Made by a program: the position numbers and the translations under genes. The notes beneath the pieces are model-generated. The model was not told where the DNA came from. It was given only the letters and a program-made list of their open reading frames with translations, and searched no databases. DNA of 59,985 nt, filler included. It is 9 parts of 9 records of this genome, joined end to end, with 100 filler letters (N's around TTAATTAATTAA, not from the genome) between each part and the next. Parts side by side here need not be neighbours in the genome. Positions count along the whole stretch, not along the records: positions 31,650 to 38,001 come from SRR31156797_52122; positions 38,102 to 43,379 come from SRR31156797_52140; positions 43,480 to 54,056 come from SRR31156797_52209; 6 more parts are not named here. One strand, written 5' to 3'. Numbering within the stretch: the first letter of the stretch is position 1; every line of letters begins with the position of its first letter. This document shows positions 37,699 to 47,641 of the stretch, one piece after another.

Positions 37699-37773
37699 TG
37701 GTGCCCCCGGCAAGAATCGAACTTGCGCACATGGATTAGGAATCCAATGCTCTATCCACTGAGCTACGGGGGC
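37699..37773 (-). tRNA. tRNA-Arg(CCU)
   Basis: GCCCCCG acceptor stem, D arm AGCTCAGTGGATAGAGC, anticodon loop TT-CCT-AA, GTTCGATT T loop, encoded CCA. Confidence 0.95.
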
Positions 37774-37778
37774 ATTGC

Positions 37779-38001
37779 TTATTCGACCAGTAGTTTCTGG
37801 CCTGGGTAAATCTTGCTTCTGGACGTTAAGTGGTTTAACGTCAGAAGACGATGAAGAGTCATATTATATTTTTTGGCAATTGTAAAGGGATTATCTCCAG
37901 ATTTTACAAAATGAGTGGAAAAATTATTGGATCGGACCCTTCCAGTGGGAATGTTTAGCCTCTGTCCGATGTGAAGTGCTGAGCTTTTGAGACGGTTTGC
38001 G
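37779..38001 (-). CDS. LysM-repeat protein C-terminus (MltD-like), 5'-truncated
   Basis: Translates to LHIGQRLNIP...HFVKSGDNPFTIAKKYNMTLHRLLTLNHL...IYPGQKLLVE*; not in the ORF track. Confidence 0.85.
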
Positions 38002-38101
38002 NNNNNNNNNNNNNNNNNNNNNNNNNNNNNNNNNNNNNNNNNNNNTTAATTAATTAANNNNNNNNNNNNNNNNNNNNNNNNNNNNNNNNNNNNNNNNNNN
38101 N

Positions 38102-38320
38102 CTCAGTATTCCACAAATATTCTTCGGTTTGATGAGAGGTAGAATTCATTGGAAAGACATTATCGGCTACATCGGTGTACCACCACTTATAAGTATAGCC
38201 TTCAACTTCGGTAACTTCGAACGAGTAAGTTGTATTTACGGGAATAGTGTCCTGGGCATGCACAAAAAGCACACACCACAATAATGGTAACAACAACACT
38301 ATTTTTAAATTCTTACTCAA
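38102..38320 (-). CDS. Secreted Ig-like domain protein, 3'-truncated
   Basis: Signal peptide ending VHA-Q; YSFEV....GYTYKW motif shared with neighbours. Confidence 0.65.
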
Positions 38321-38537
38321 TCTATTCTTTCCCCATTATTAAATCATAATTCATCTTTGGACACGCTTCTTCCACATCGACAAATTAATCCATTCCTCTC
38401 CATGCCTTCTTTTCCGAAGGTTTTTCAGGCCAGTTAAAGGTAGCCCAAACCGTTGCCCGCATCCGCCCAACAACGGATGGGGTGTTTCTTCATCTGCAAA
38501 AAGCAACTTCAGTTTTTATACCACTTTCAAATTGGTA

Positions 38538-39272
38538 TTACTGAAATTGTATTACTGGTTTTGCTCTTACCGTAATTGTACGTTCCACATCGGCAGTTGG
38601 ATCGGCATTTATTACCGAGCTATCCGACGTTTCGGCACTAATTAAAGTAATTTCAAAATCTAAACCAGTAGCTCCTTTATTTTCCCACGAGTCGGTAACT
38701 GCAAAATCAATCTGCTTATCGGCAGCATCGTTTACAATGGTTAACTCAGGATTCCCCTGATCGGCTAAAACGGTTCCATCCAGGTCGATAAAATCGCCAT
38801 CGGGGTTTTTCACCGTTATGTTTGCCGATGCCAGATTGGCATCTCCGGCATAGGTAATACGAAACAGACTTTCGCTACTTGGTGGCACCGAACCTTCTCC
38901 ACCCGTTAAATCGGAACAAGTTTCCGTACTTGGGAAAGCTGCTGCAAAAATTAAATCACCAGGAGCAAGAATTTTCATGTCCTGCGTAATTGCTTCGCTC
39001 AAACAGCCATTTCCATCCAGTACTTGTACCGAAACAGTATAATCACCAACAGGGCCATCCCACACAATAGTTGCGGTATTGCCAGTTATGGCGCTAAGAT
39101 CGGTGCTGGTACCACTTGCAGGTGTAACAGCCCATGTGTAAGCGGCCCCGGTTTCCTCACCAACATTCATTTGTATGGTGTAGGTTTTACTGGCCCCTTG
39201 TGTAATACTATTCTGGCTCCATCCGCAATAAGCGGCCAGCACCAGAATTGTTATAAGCAGTAATTGCTTCAT
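38538..39272 (-). CDS. Secreted two-domain Ig/PKD-like protein
   Basis: Bacteroidota signal peptide (WS-Q); YTWAV, W.G..GDY.V.V...D.NGC; C-terminal TITVRAKPVIQF. Confidence 0.75.
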   Translation of the reverse strand: MKQLLLITILVLAAYCGWSQNSITQGASKTYTIQMNVGEETGAAYTWAVTPASGTSTDLSAITGNTATIVWDGPVGDYTVSVQVLDGNGCLSEAITQDMKILAPGDLIFAAAFPSTETCSDLTGGEGSVPPSSESLFRITYAGDANLASANITVKNPDGDFIDLDGTVLADQGNPELTIVNDAADKQIDFAVTDSWENKGATGLDFEITLISAETSDSSVINADPTADVERTITVRAKPVIQFQ

Positions 39273-39969
39273 AGTTCAAATTATATTTCCTTCTTAACTC
39301 TTCAGTAAACTCAATTTCAGGCAAGGCAAAAATTGTGCGTGTATGCGTTGCGTTGCTTAAATCAGGAATCGATGCATTTTTTACATCGGTAACCTGTGTT
39401 ACTGCAACAACATAATCGGTATTTAATGTAGGATCAAGTGTTAAGTCAATTTCTTCAATAGTTAACACCTGGTTGTTGTGTTGTACCAATGTTGAGTGAA
39501 TAATTCCATTAATGGTATACTCCACTGTCATTGGAAAATACACAGCTGCCAAGGCATTACCACTGTTATCGTTTATGGCAAATGGAAGCTCAAAACCATT
39601 GTCCGTTTTATTAAAACACTCGGTACTTGCTGTTATATCAAAATCAAATGTTCGATTGTTAGGTTGAACTTGCACAGCCAAAGCTTTTTTGTTTGAACAA
39701 CCATCAGGGTCTGATTCATTTACCGTGAGGTAATATAGCCCTTCCATATTCCACAATATAACAACATCTGATAAACCCGGATCGGTTATAAATTCATACT
39801 CTACCGTATTCGAACCTTGTTCAACCTCCCAGGCATATGTATTACCAGCATTAAAATCAACCTTGTAATTCAATTGAGTACCTTCGTAAATAACATACGT
39901 TTCCTGGGCTGCCACAAATTGGGCAGCCAGGAAAAATATGCTCATTATGAAAGTTGCTTTGAATCGCAT
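39208..39969 (-). CDS. Secreted two-domain Ig/PKD-like protein
   Basis: Signal peptide (AA-Q); GNTYAWEV, W...GLYYL.V.E...DGC; TRTIFALPEIEF. Confidence 0.75.
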   Translation of the reverse strand: MRFKATFIMSIFFLAAQFVAAQETYVIYEGTQLNYKVDFNAGNTYAWEVEQGSNTVEYEFITDPGLSDVVILWNMEGLYYLTVNESDPDGCSNKKALAVQVQPNNRTFDFDITASTECFNKTDNGFELPFAINDNSGNALAAVYFPMTVEYTINGIIHSTLVQHNNQVLTIEEIDLTLDPTLNTDYVVAVTQVTDVKNASIPDLSNATHTRTIFALPEIEFTEELRRKYNLNYEAITAYNNSGAGRLLRMEPE

Positions 39970-39974
39970 TTGAA

Positions 39975-40784
39975 TTAATCGAAAGAAATTATAGTAGTAT
40001 GAGGCCTTGATACATTAGTGATTACCTCATATGTTCCATCACCATTATCCGATACTCCATTTCCTGCTACTCCATTCGAAATGGTATTTGTTGATGTAAA
40101 ATCGGCACCAGTACCATCAGTATCTGAATTATCAAGAACAGTGGAAGTAACAACGATCTGAATGTCAACAAATTCTTCATCACTTACCTCAACTAAAGTA
40201 CCTGTTAATGTAGCATTTGAAGAAACAGTAATTGCTGCAGGATCAAATTGAGATAGGACATTCGCAAAATTAAACTCATATCCATTACTTGCATCATTTA
40301 GACCTGTAGGAGTAACTCGATAAGTAATAGTTGATGTTCCATGATTATACTGAGGATCTCCACTTCCATCAATTGATACTACAGGGGCTGCATCATAACA
40401 ACTAGTTGTGACACCAGTAATAGCTAAAGAGAAATCGCTTTCACTAATAGTAACTTTAAGTACTTTCTCATTTACACAACCACTATTAGTTTCACTAACT
40501 CGAACATAATAAACCTCATTTACGGCTACCTCTGCCGCAACCCATTGAATTGAAACAGAATTTCCTGTTCCTGTCACGATTGCATTACCTGCAGCTACCG
40601 CATCAGTTGTAAAATCAGATTGCCATACACTCCACGAATAAGTACTCCCGTGGTCATCTGCTTCATTAACTGTATAAACATGAGTCGCACCAGGGGCAGG
40701 ATTCTGCCCTGTACTTTGCGCAAAAACATTTCCACCAATTGCGGTAAATAATACCGCCGTTAACAAAAAGACTAATTTTTTCAT
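39975..40784 (-). CDS. Secreted two-domain Ig/PKD-like protein
   Basis: Signal peptide (VFA-Q); GSTYSWSV, YYVRVSE...GC; C-terminal VSRPHTTIISFD. Confidence 0.78.
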   Translation of the reverse strand: MKKLVFLLTAVLFTAIGGNVFAQSTGQNPAPGATHVYTVNEADDHGSTYSWSVWQSDFTTDAVAAGNAIVTGTGNSVSIQWVAAEVAVNEVYYVRVSETNSGCVNEKVLKVTISESDFSLAITGVTTSCYDAAPVVSIDGSGDPQYNHGTSTITYRVTPTGLNDASNGYEFNFANVLSQFDPAAITVSSNATLTGTLVEVSDEEFVDIQIVVTSTVLDNSDTDGTGADFTSTNTISNGVAGNGVSDNGDGTYEVITNVSRPHTTIISFD

Positions 40785-40831
40785 AATGATAAAATTTAAA
40801 TGTTATTAAAAATTTGTTTTAAAATGTATTA

Positions 40832-43379
40832 TTAATTCGTTGTTATAGGTCCGGTATCAGGAACAGGCAGCAAAGTAAACGTTGCATTCCAGTCATCCGA
40901 ATCTATATCTTGTATATTATAATCTAATTCTTCTGCCGATGTAATTTCCAGTTCAACTGTAAGTTGGTCGAATCGGCTACCTGTAACTTCCATTGTAATT
41001 TCCACAAAACCAGCACCGTTTGTACTGGGTATATTTGTTACTTCATATGTTCCACTTAATATACCGGAAGATGCCTGCACATTAGCAATAGAAGCACCAG
41101 CATCAGGAGTAAGAACAAAGGCTATTTTCCAGTTTGGATTCCAGCTGCTTTGCCCGCTTACCATTTCAACTCTAAATGTGATTATGGAAGTAGTATCCAC
41201 TTCATCGCCATTTATTTCGCCACTTGCCGCATTACATGTTGCTGCGGGACTAATTAATGAAACATCGAAAGTATTGTTAACGGTAATGGTTCCATTTGCC
41301 TCTACTGTTCCGCATCCACCGGTGAGCGTAACCGTATAATTGAATGTTCCAATTTGCGTTGGAGTCCCGCTGATGCTTACCTCATTTGAATTCCAATTGC
41401 CTGTGACACCATTGGGTAAACCGCTAAAAGTAGCACTGGTTGCACCAGTTGTGGCATAAGTTATGGTTGTAATTGGTGTTACCACATTTAGTGTTTGATT
41501 GTCGGTTCCAGCAGCAGAAGTAAGGTTTATAGTATTCGTTGGCAAAACCGTCACCTCCCAAACACCAACCGAGCTGGTAAAACTTGTACTACAAGTACCA
41601 TCGCTGGCCTGACGGCGGTAGTAAGTGGTTTGCGTTAAAGCTGCTGTTGGAGTATAAGTTGCTGTGTTGCTAGCAACATCAGTTACACCGCTTCCGAAAG
41701 TTGGATCGGTACTCGATTGCCACTGGTATGTTATTGTTTCATCGCCGCCACTGGCATCGCTTACACTTCCTATGGTTGCGGTTGGTGTGGTATTGTAACA
41801 AATGGTTTCGCCGGTGGTTTCAATTTCTCCGGCATCGAAAACTCCTTGTACCGTTACTGTCCAACTACCGGCAGATTGCACAAAGGCAGCTTCGCAGGTA
41901 TTGTCTTTTGCCCAACGCGTATAAGTTGCCGAAGCCGTTAATACTGGAGGATCGTAAGTAGGCGAGTTACTGTTTAAAATTGGATTTCCATTCACCTGCC
42001 ATTCGTAGGTAATTGTGCCATCTCCACCGCTGGCATCAGTAGTGCTGCCAATTACTGTAGGATTGCCTCCGCTGCATATGGTTTGGCCTGTGCCTGATAT
42101 CTCCCCACTTGAAAAAGCAGGATAAACTGTCATCCCAATTTTATTGGAGGTAGCCGGGCTTCCGGTAGCACATGAAATATCGGAAGTTAATATACAGGAA
42201 ACCGTGTCACCATCAGCAGGATTATAGGAGTAGGTATTGCTGTTTGCCCCTACATCGGAGCCATTAACCTGCCACTGGTAAACTGGTGAAGAACCACCGT
42301 TGACAGGTGCTGCGGTATAAGTAACTGTTGTACCATTGCAAACAGTATCGTTTCCGCTAATAGTAACAGAAACCGGGGTTCCATCAGCCACTGTAACTGT
42401 AACCGGATAATCGACACTTGTACATGCCGGGTAGTACGTAATTACCCTTAAAGTTGCATTGTATATGCCGGCAGCGACACTGTATGGAACATTTATTAAA
42501 AAATTTCCAGGGGCAGGATCGACCGTACTGTTTTGTGGAGAACTAAAGCCAGCGGCAACTGCAGCTGCGTCGAAAGTTAAAATCCACTGTGCAGGCGATC
42601 CTGTTACCGCAGTGTAAGGCAGCACGGCTGTTGTTTCAGTCTGGCAAACAGTGGGATTTGTACCAAGCGTTATAGATAAAGTTGGATTTACTACTATTGA
42701 CCTTAAGGTTGAATATTCAGCACTGCAACCTCCGCTTTGCACCAGAACACGGAAGTCCCATGTTCCGCCTGATGATGGAGTTTCGGAATAAGTAATACTT
42801 CCGGCATTACCCACATCTTCCCAGCTCCCACTATCTAATCTTCTTTCCCACCGAACTACTGTTCCTGTATAATCTTTTAAAGTAAGCAGAGGTATTACAT
42901 TTCCCAGACAAATGGGATCATAATGAGCTGGTTCAACCCAGCCTCCCTGTGTTGTTGGGTCTACAACTACATCGGTACTCCCAATGGCACTTGTACAGCC
43001 ATTTACAGTAACGGTTACAGAATAGGTTCCCCCATTGCCAACCCAGGTTGTTGGTACAGTAGGATTTTGTTGTGATGAACTAAAGCCATTTGGTCCTGTC
43101 CAGGCATAAGTTGCACCGGTAACGCTTGGCGTTGTTAGTTCAATATTATCCCCCAAACATACAGGGCTATTGCTTGATGCTGTTGGGGTTGCTGGTATAG
43201 GATTTACGGTAATTGTTATTTGATCGGTGTTTTCACATCCGTTTGCGTCTGTTCCTGTTACCGTATAGCCTGTGGTGGCCGCCGGATTAAATGCTACTCC
43301 ATCAGTAACACCGTTGTCCCAGGTATAAGTTGAGGCGCCACTACCCGTTAGCGTAATGCTTTCGCCTTCGCATATCTCA
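40832..43379 (-). CDS. Large Thr/Gly-rich adhesin with tandem Ig-like repeats, 5'-truncated
   Basis: Repeated C.G..., YAWTGPNGF, YQWQ and TYYRR modules; frame continues to the contig edge; ends LPVPDTGPITTN. Confidence 0.85.
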
Positions 43380-43479
43380 NNNNNNNNNNNNNNNNNNNNN
43401 NNNNNNNNNNNNNNNNNNNNNNNTTAATTAATTAANNNNNNNNNNNNNNNNNNNNNNNNNNNNNNNNNNNNNNNNNNNN

Positions 43480-43898
43480 CCCGGCTGTTTCGGGCCGGCG
43501 CCGAGCAGGGCCTGGCCCGAGCTCAATCGAGCCTGGCGCTGTTGTACCGCAAGGGCCAGGGTGTGGCGCGCGATTATGAACAGGCGCGGATCTGGTATGG
43601 CAAGGCCGTCGCCCAGGGTAACGCCAACGCCCAGGCCGGCCTCGGTTACATGTACGCCAAGGGACTCGGCGTCAAAAGGAATTACACGGAAGCAGCCCAG
43701 CTTTACCGGCTGGCGGCGGCCAAGAACCACGCCTTCGCGCTCAATGCCCTGGGCGCCCTGTACGAAAAGGGCCAGGGCGTCAAAAAGAACGTGACCAAGG
43801 CGGCGGCGTGGTACCGCCAGGCCGTCAAAAAAGGCAGCAAGAGCGCCAAGAAAAACCTCGCCCGGCTGAAGAAAAACAACCCCGGCGTGGTGAAGTGA
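43480..43898 (+). CDS. Sel1-repeat protein, 5'-truncated
   Basis: AQ..LG.MY.KG.GV..NY.EA...Y..AA repeats. Confidence 0.9.
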
Positions 43899-43927
43899 GG
43901 ATTAAGCCGGTTTCCGACATAACGGGC

Positions 43928-44130
43928 TCATCGTTCCGCAGCATCGGTCCGGACGGTGCGCATGGTGGCGAGCACAGCCTCGTCGATTTCCCCCAGGGGC
44001 AGGACGGTTGCATAGGCATTGCCGACGGCTTTCACCCGGCCGGCCGCGATACCACTGGCGATCAGATAGGCCCGCACCGCTCGCGCCCGCCGAACGCTCA
44101 ATTCGGCCTTTTGTGACGCGGTGGGCGCCT
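43928..44130 (-). pseudogene. OmpA-like peptidoglycan-binding domain remnant
   Basis: ELSVRRARAVRAYLIASGIAAGRVKAVG matches the OmpA C-terminal motif; N-terminal half and RRV motif are absent. Confidence 0.5.
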
Positions 44131-44169
44131 CGCGCAGCGTTTCGTTGAGCCGCACCTGCCATCCCCGGT

Positions 44170-44196
44170 TGCCCGTGCTTGACACGGGCATCCACG
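44170..44196 (+). repeat. Alphaproteobacterial REP-like palindrome
   Basis: TGCCCGTG-CTTGA-CACGGGCA-TCCACG. Confidence 0.55.
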
Positions 44197-44360
44197 AAAC
44201 GGCTGCTATTTTCGGTCGTTGCGCCGGGCCCGCTCGACGATCTCCGGCACGACCTCAGCCGCCGGGTGGAACCGCACAAAATCCTCCGGAGCGATTTCCC
44301 GCACTTCACCGTCGGGCGTGGTCAGCGGTTTTTCAGCCATATTTCATCATCGATCAGAAT

Positions 44361-44870
44361 TTAACCTATCCAACCACTTATTTTTTTGAAGTACATCGAC
44401 ACATTGCCAATACGAATCACATCGTTGTTCTGCAATTTCGTTCGCCCGGAAATCATGGTTCCGTTGATTTCAGTTTTGTTAGTGGCGAATAAATCTTCGA
44501 TAAAGACGTCGGAGCTGTCTGAAGAGAGAAGCGCGTGCATTCTGGATACCGTTCTGTCGCTTGAACGGATATCATTGAATTCCGAACGTCCGATGGTCAA
44601 ATTGAAGTTCTTTGGAATAAAAATCTTTTGATGATGAAATTCTGGCGAGTTGTCTTCATAAAAAATGATTCCAATTGCAAACTGTTGTGCTAATTTTTGA
44701 AAATCATCAAAGCTAGAGTAATATTTTTCAAGTATATTAGATCGCCAATCTTCCGAGTCTTTTTTACGCTCCGATTCAATTTTAATTTTAGTCGTAATAT
44801 ATGCCGTAATTACGGCAATTAAAGAAGCACTTATCACTCCAATTATTGCAGTAACTAATTCACTCGACAT
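44361..44870 (-). CDS. Membrane-anchored FHA-domain protein (low GC)
   Basis: N-terminal TM; IGR...NDI...D..VSR.HA, DL.ATN.T.ING, L...DVIRIG. Confidence 0.85.
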   Translation of the reverse strand: MSSELVTAIIGVISASLIAVITAYITTKIKIESERKKDSEDWRSNILEKYYSSFDDFQKLAQQFAIGIIFYEDNSPEFHHQKIFIPKNFNLTIGRSEFNDIRSSDRTVSRMHALLSSDSSDVFIEDLFATNKTEINGTMISGRTKLQNNDVIRIGNVSMYFKKISGWIG

Positions 44871-45053
44871 CTTTAGAACCCTATTTATGGACCCCAATTA
44901 TGTTATCAAGGTTGTCTTATATTAGACAACATCTTCCTATACGATGACTCCTGATTGTGGACCCAGACACTTCGGGTCTGCGAACCTTAGTGGGTCCGAT
45001 ATTGCAGTGATCTGCTTCATCAAAATGCTCCAACGGGGAGGGGCTCAACTCCA

Positions 45054-45082
45054 TTGACATTTCCCTGTTCTAGGACTATAAT
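45054..45082 (+). promoter_or_regulatory. Consensus sigma70 promoter
   Basis: TTGACA(45054-59)-N17-TATAAT(45077-82). Confidence 0.8.
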
Positions 45083-45122
45083 CACGTTATTTGGTTTTTG
45101 TCCTGAACGAGGGAGATCATCC

Positions 45123-45521
45123 ATGCCGCGAACGCCGGACGGCCTGACGTTCCGCCAGGAACGTTTCTGCCGGGCCTATGTCGAAATGGGAAGTGCCCGC
45201 ACCGCCGCGCTGGAAGCCCGCTACGCGCCGCAATGGGCGGCCAATCACGGCTACCGACTGCTGAAACAGCCACGTATCCGCCGCCGCATTTCGAAGATTC
45301 AGGCCGAGATGGCCGAGCAGGCCTGCCAAAACACCAACGTGCTTTTGGGCAAGTTGGAGGCGGTCTATACCCGGGCGCTGGCGGATCATCATTTCTACGC
45401 GGCGGCGCGCGCCGTCGATCTGCAGGCGAAATTGATGGCGCGCCTCGACCGCCCGGAGGCGGAACAAACCGATGAAACGCAGGCCCCGGACAGCGGCGCC
45501 GCCATCGTGCCAATTCGTTGA
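45123..45521 (+). CDS. Terminase small subunit-like protein (orphan)
   Basis: LT.RQERFC.AY...G.A..AA..A.Y....A...GYRLL..P.I...I HTH pattern; GAGGGAG RBS. Confidence 0.75.
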   Translation: MPRTPDGLTFRQERFCRAYVEMGSARTAALEARYAPQWAANHGYRLLKQPRIRRRISKIQAEMAEQACQNTNVLLGKLEAVYTRALADHHFYAAARAVDLQAKLMARLDRPEAEQTDETQAPDSGAAIVPIR

Positions 45522-45780
45522 ATTCACGCCCTGAAATCCGGAAATGACGATTGAAGACGATGATTGACGAGTTTTTGTTTGTGCGAATCCGCCGAAACCC
45601 CGGGCGTGCGCGGCCGTGCGCCCGACCGGACGGGCCAGAAAATCGTCATTTTTTCGAAAATTCGCCGAATGCCGCCCGGTCCCATCGCCGGTGCACCGTT
45701 TAAAGGATTCTAGGTCGTCCCGGTTTCGGCTAGACTCGGTCCCGGCCCGGCCGCGGCCGGTCACGGAGGGGACAAAAACC

Positions 45781-46776
45781 ATGAGCGAGCATCCGCACCT
45801 GATCTGCGCCTATCACCTCGATGGCAACGGCCGCGGCACGCCACTGGATTGGCCGACCGCCAAGGACTGGAGCACCGATACCGGCGCTGTCTGGGTCCAT
45901 CTCGACGGCGCCGACCCGGCCAGCGAAACCTGGCTGCGCGAAGAAAGCGGCCTCGATACCTTCGTCATCGACGGCCTGCTCGCCGACGAGACGCGGCCGC
46001 GCTGTGACGGCTTTGACGACGGCGTTCTGCTGATCCTGCGCGGCGTCAACCTCAATCCCGGCGCCGATCCCGAGGACATGGTCTCGATCCGCATCTGGAT
46101 CGACGCAAATCGCGTCATCTCGACCCGGCTACGCCGCCTGATGGCGGTCGAGGATCTGCGCAAACAGCTGGAAAGCGGCCGTGGCCCGGTCTCGGCCGGT
46201 CATCTGGTCGCCCGCCTGGGGGCGCTGCTGACCGAACGCATGGGCCCGGTATTCGAGGAACTCAGCGACGCCGCCGCCGATCTTGAACAAAACCTGATCG
46301 ACCACGCCGAGGCCGGCGGTTCGGCCGATTTGCGCGACATGCGCCACAAGCTGATCGACCTGCGCCGCACCGCCATTGCCCTTCGCCGCTACATCGCGCC
46401 GCAGAGGGATGCGCTCAATCGGCTCTCCATGATGGACGAAACCTGGCTCGACGAGCGCATCGTCGGCCGCCTGCGCGAAACCGTCGATCGCGTCACCCGC
46501 ATCACCGAAGAACTGGACGAGGTGCGCGAACGCGCCGCCGTGGTCCAGGACGAAATGGTCAGCCGGATCTCGCAACGCATGGAACGCACCATGTACGTGC
46601 TCACCGTCGTCGCCACGGTCATGCTGCCGTTGGGCTTCCTGACCGGCCTTTTGGGCATCAATGTCGGCGGCATGCCCGGCGCCGAGAACGGATCCGCCTT
46701 CTGGATCGTCTGTGTCGGGCTGGTCGTGCTGGTGGCGCTCGAAGTCTGGGTGCTGAAAAAGCTCAAATGGCTTTAG
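45781..46776 (+). CDS. zntB: Zinc transporter, CorA family
   Basis: LRGVNLNPGADPEDMVSIRIW, LRRYIAPQR, TGLLGINVGGMPG. Confidence 0.92.
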   Translation: MSEHPHLICAYHLDGNGRGTPLDWPTAKDWSTDTGAVWVHLDGADPASETWLREESGLDTFVIDGLLADETRPRCDGFDDGVLLILRGVNLNPGADPEDMVSIRIWIDANRVISTRLRRLMAVEDLRKQLESGRGPVSAGHLVARLGALLTERMGPVFEELSDAAADLEQNLIDHAEAGGSADLRDMRHKLIDLRRTAIALRRYIAPQRDALNRLSMMDETWLDERIVGRLRETVDRVTRITEELDEVRERAAVVQDEMVSRISQRMERTMYVLTVVATVMLPLGFLTGLLGINVGGMPGAENGSAFWIVCVGLVVLVALEVWVLKKLKWL

Positions 46777-46912
46777 GGTCCGGAAACACCTTACCGCCGC
46801 ATGGTTGCCGCAATTCACGGTTATTTCCCTTGCCGCCAAGCGGGACCGGGGCTACATACGGGTCCCGAGGGGACCTTGTTTTTACGCCAACATCGAGCTT
46901 CGATCCGCACCC

Positions 46913-47599
46913 ATGATTTCCGCCTTTTCCAGGGCCGTCGGCCAGTTCTCGGACCCGCGCATCCGCCGGGTCATGTGGATCAGCATCTTCTCGACCCTGG
47001 CCATCCTGGTGGTGCTGTTCGGCGCCGTCTGGCTGACCATCAAGGAAACCGTGCTGTTCGATTTCTGGCTCCTGGAGGATTTCGTCGATACGCTCGGAAT
47101 CTTCGCGACGCTGGGCATCACCTGGGTGCTTTTTCCGGCCCTGGCGACGTCCATCGTCGGGCTGTTATTGGAAGAGGTCGCAACCGCCGTCGAGGCCCGG
47201 CACTATCCGGGCCTTGCCCCGGCGCCCGGCGCCCGGTTGGGCACCGCCCTTCTGTCCAGCGCCAAGCTGATCGCCATCATGGTGCTGCTCAACATCCTGG
47301 TCCTGCCGCTTTATCTGTTTCCGGTCATAAACCTCTTTGTTTTCTACGGCCTGAACGGGTACCTTCTGGGCAGGGAATATTTCGAACTGGCGGCGCTTCG
47401 GCGTTTGGGTTCCGACGAGGCCTACGTGCTGCGTCGGCGCAAGGGGACGCCGGTTTTCCTGTCGGGCGTGATCATCGCCTTTTTGCTGACCGTGCCGGTG
47501 GTCAATCTTCTGGCGCCGGTAATCGGTACTGCGGCGATGGTGCACCTTCTCGAACGCTGGCGCGACAAGGGAACAACCCCGGCACCGGCAGGCGACTGA
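46913..47599 (+). CDS. EI24/CysZ-like membrane protein
   Basis: VEARHYP, LNGYLLGREYFE, VPVVNLLAPV. Confidence 0.8.
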   Translation: MISAFSRAVGQFSDPRIRRVMWISIFSTLAILVVLFGAVWLTIKETVLFDFWLLEDFVDTLGIFATLGITWVLFPALATSIVGLLLEEVATAVEARHYPGLAPAPGARLGTALLSSAKLIAIMVLLNILVLPLYLFPVINLFVFYGLNGYLLGREYFELAALRRLGSDEAYVLRRRKGTPVFLSGVIIAFLLTVPVVNLLAPVIGTAAMVHLLERWRDKGTTPAPAGD

Positions 47600-47641
47600 C
47601 GGTTGTGCGATTGAAATCTTGAGGAAGGGGAACACCACGTC

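Noticed and set aside
37686-37730. N-terminal extension of the U32 ORF given in the ORF track
   Set aside because: It overlaps the tRNA-Arg gene; ATG 37685 fits the family N-terminus.
37699-37773. tRNA as a prophage or island attachment site
   Set aside because: No integrase or duplicated tRNA 3' end; the flanking genes are housekeeping.
45056-45110. Alphaproteobacterial LexA box (GTTC-N7-GTTC) at the terS promoter
   Set aside because: Only single half-sites are present, with no correctly spaced pair.
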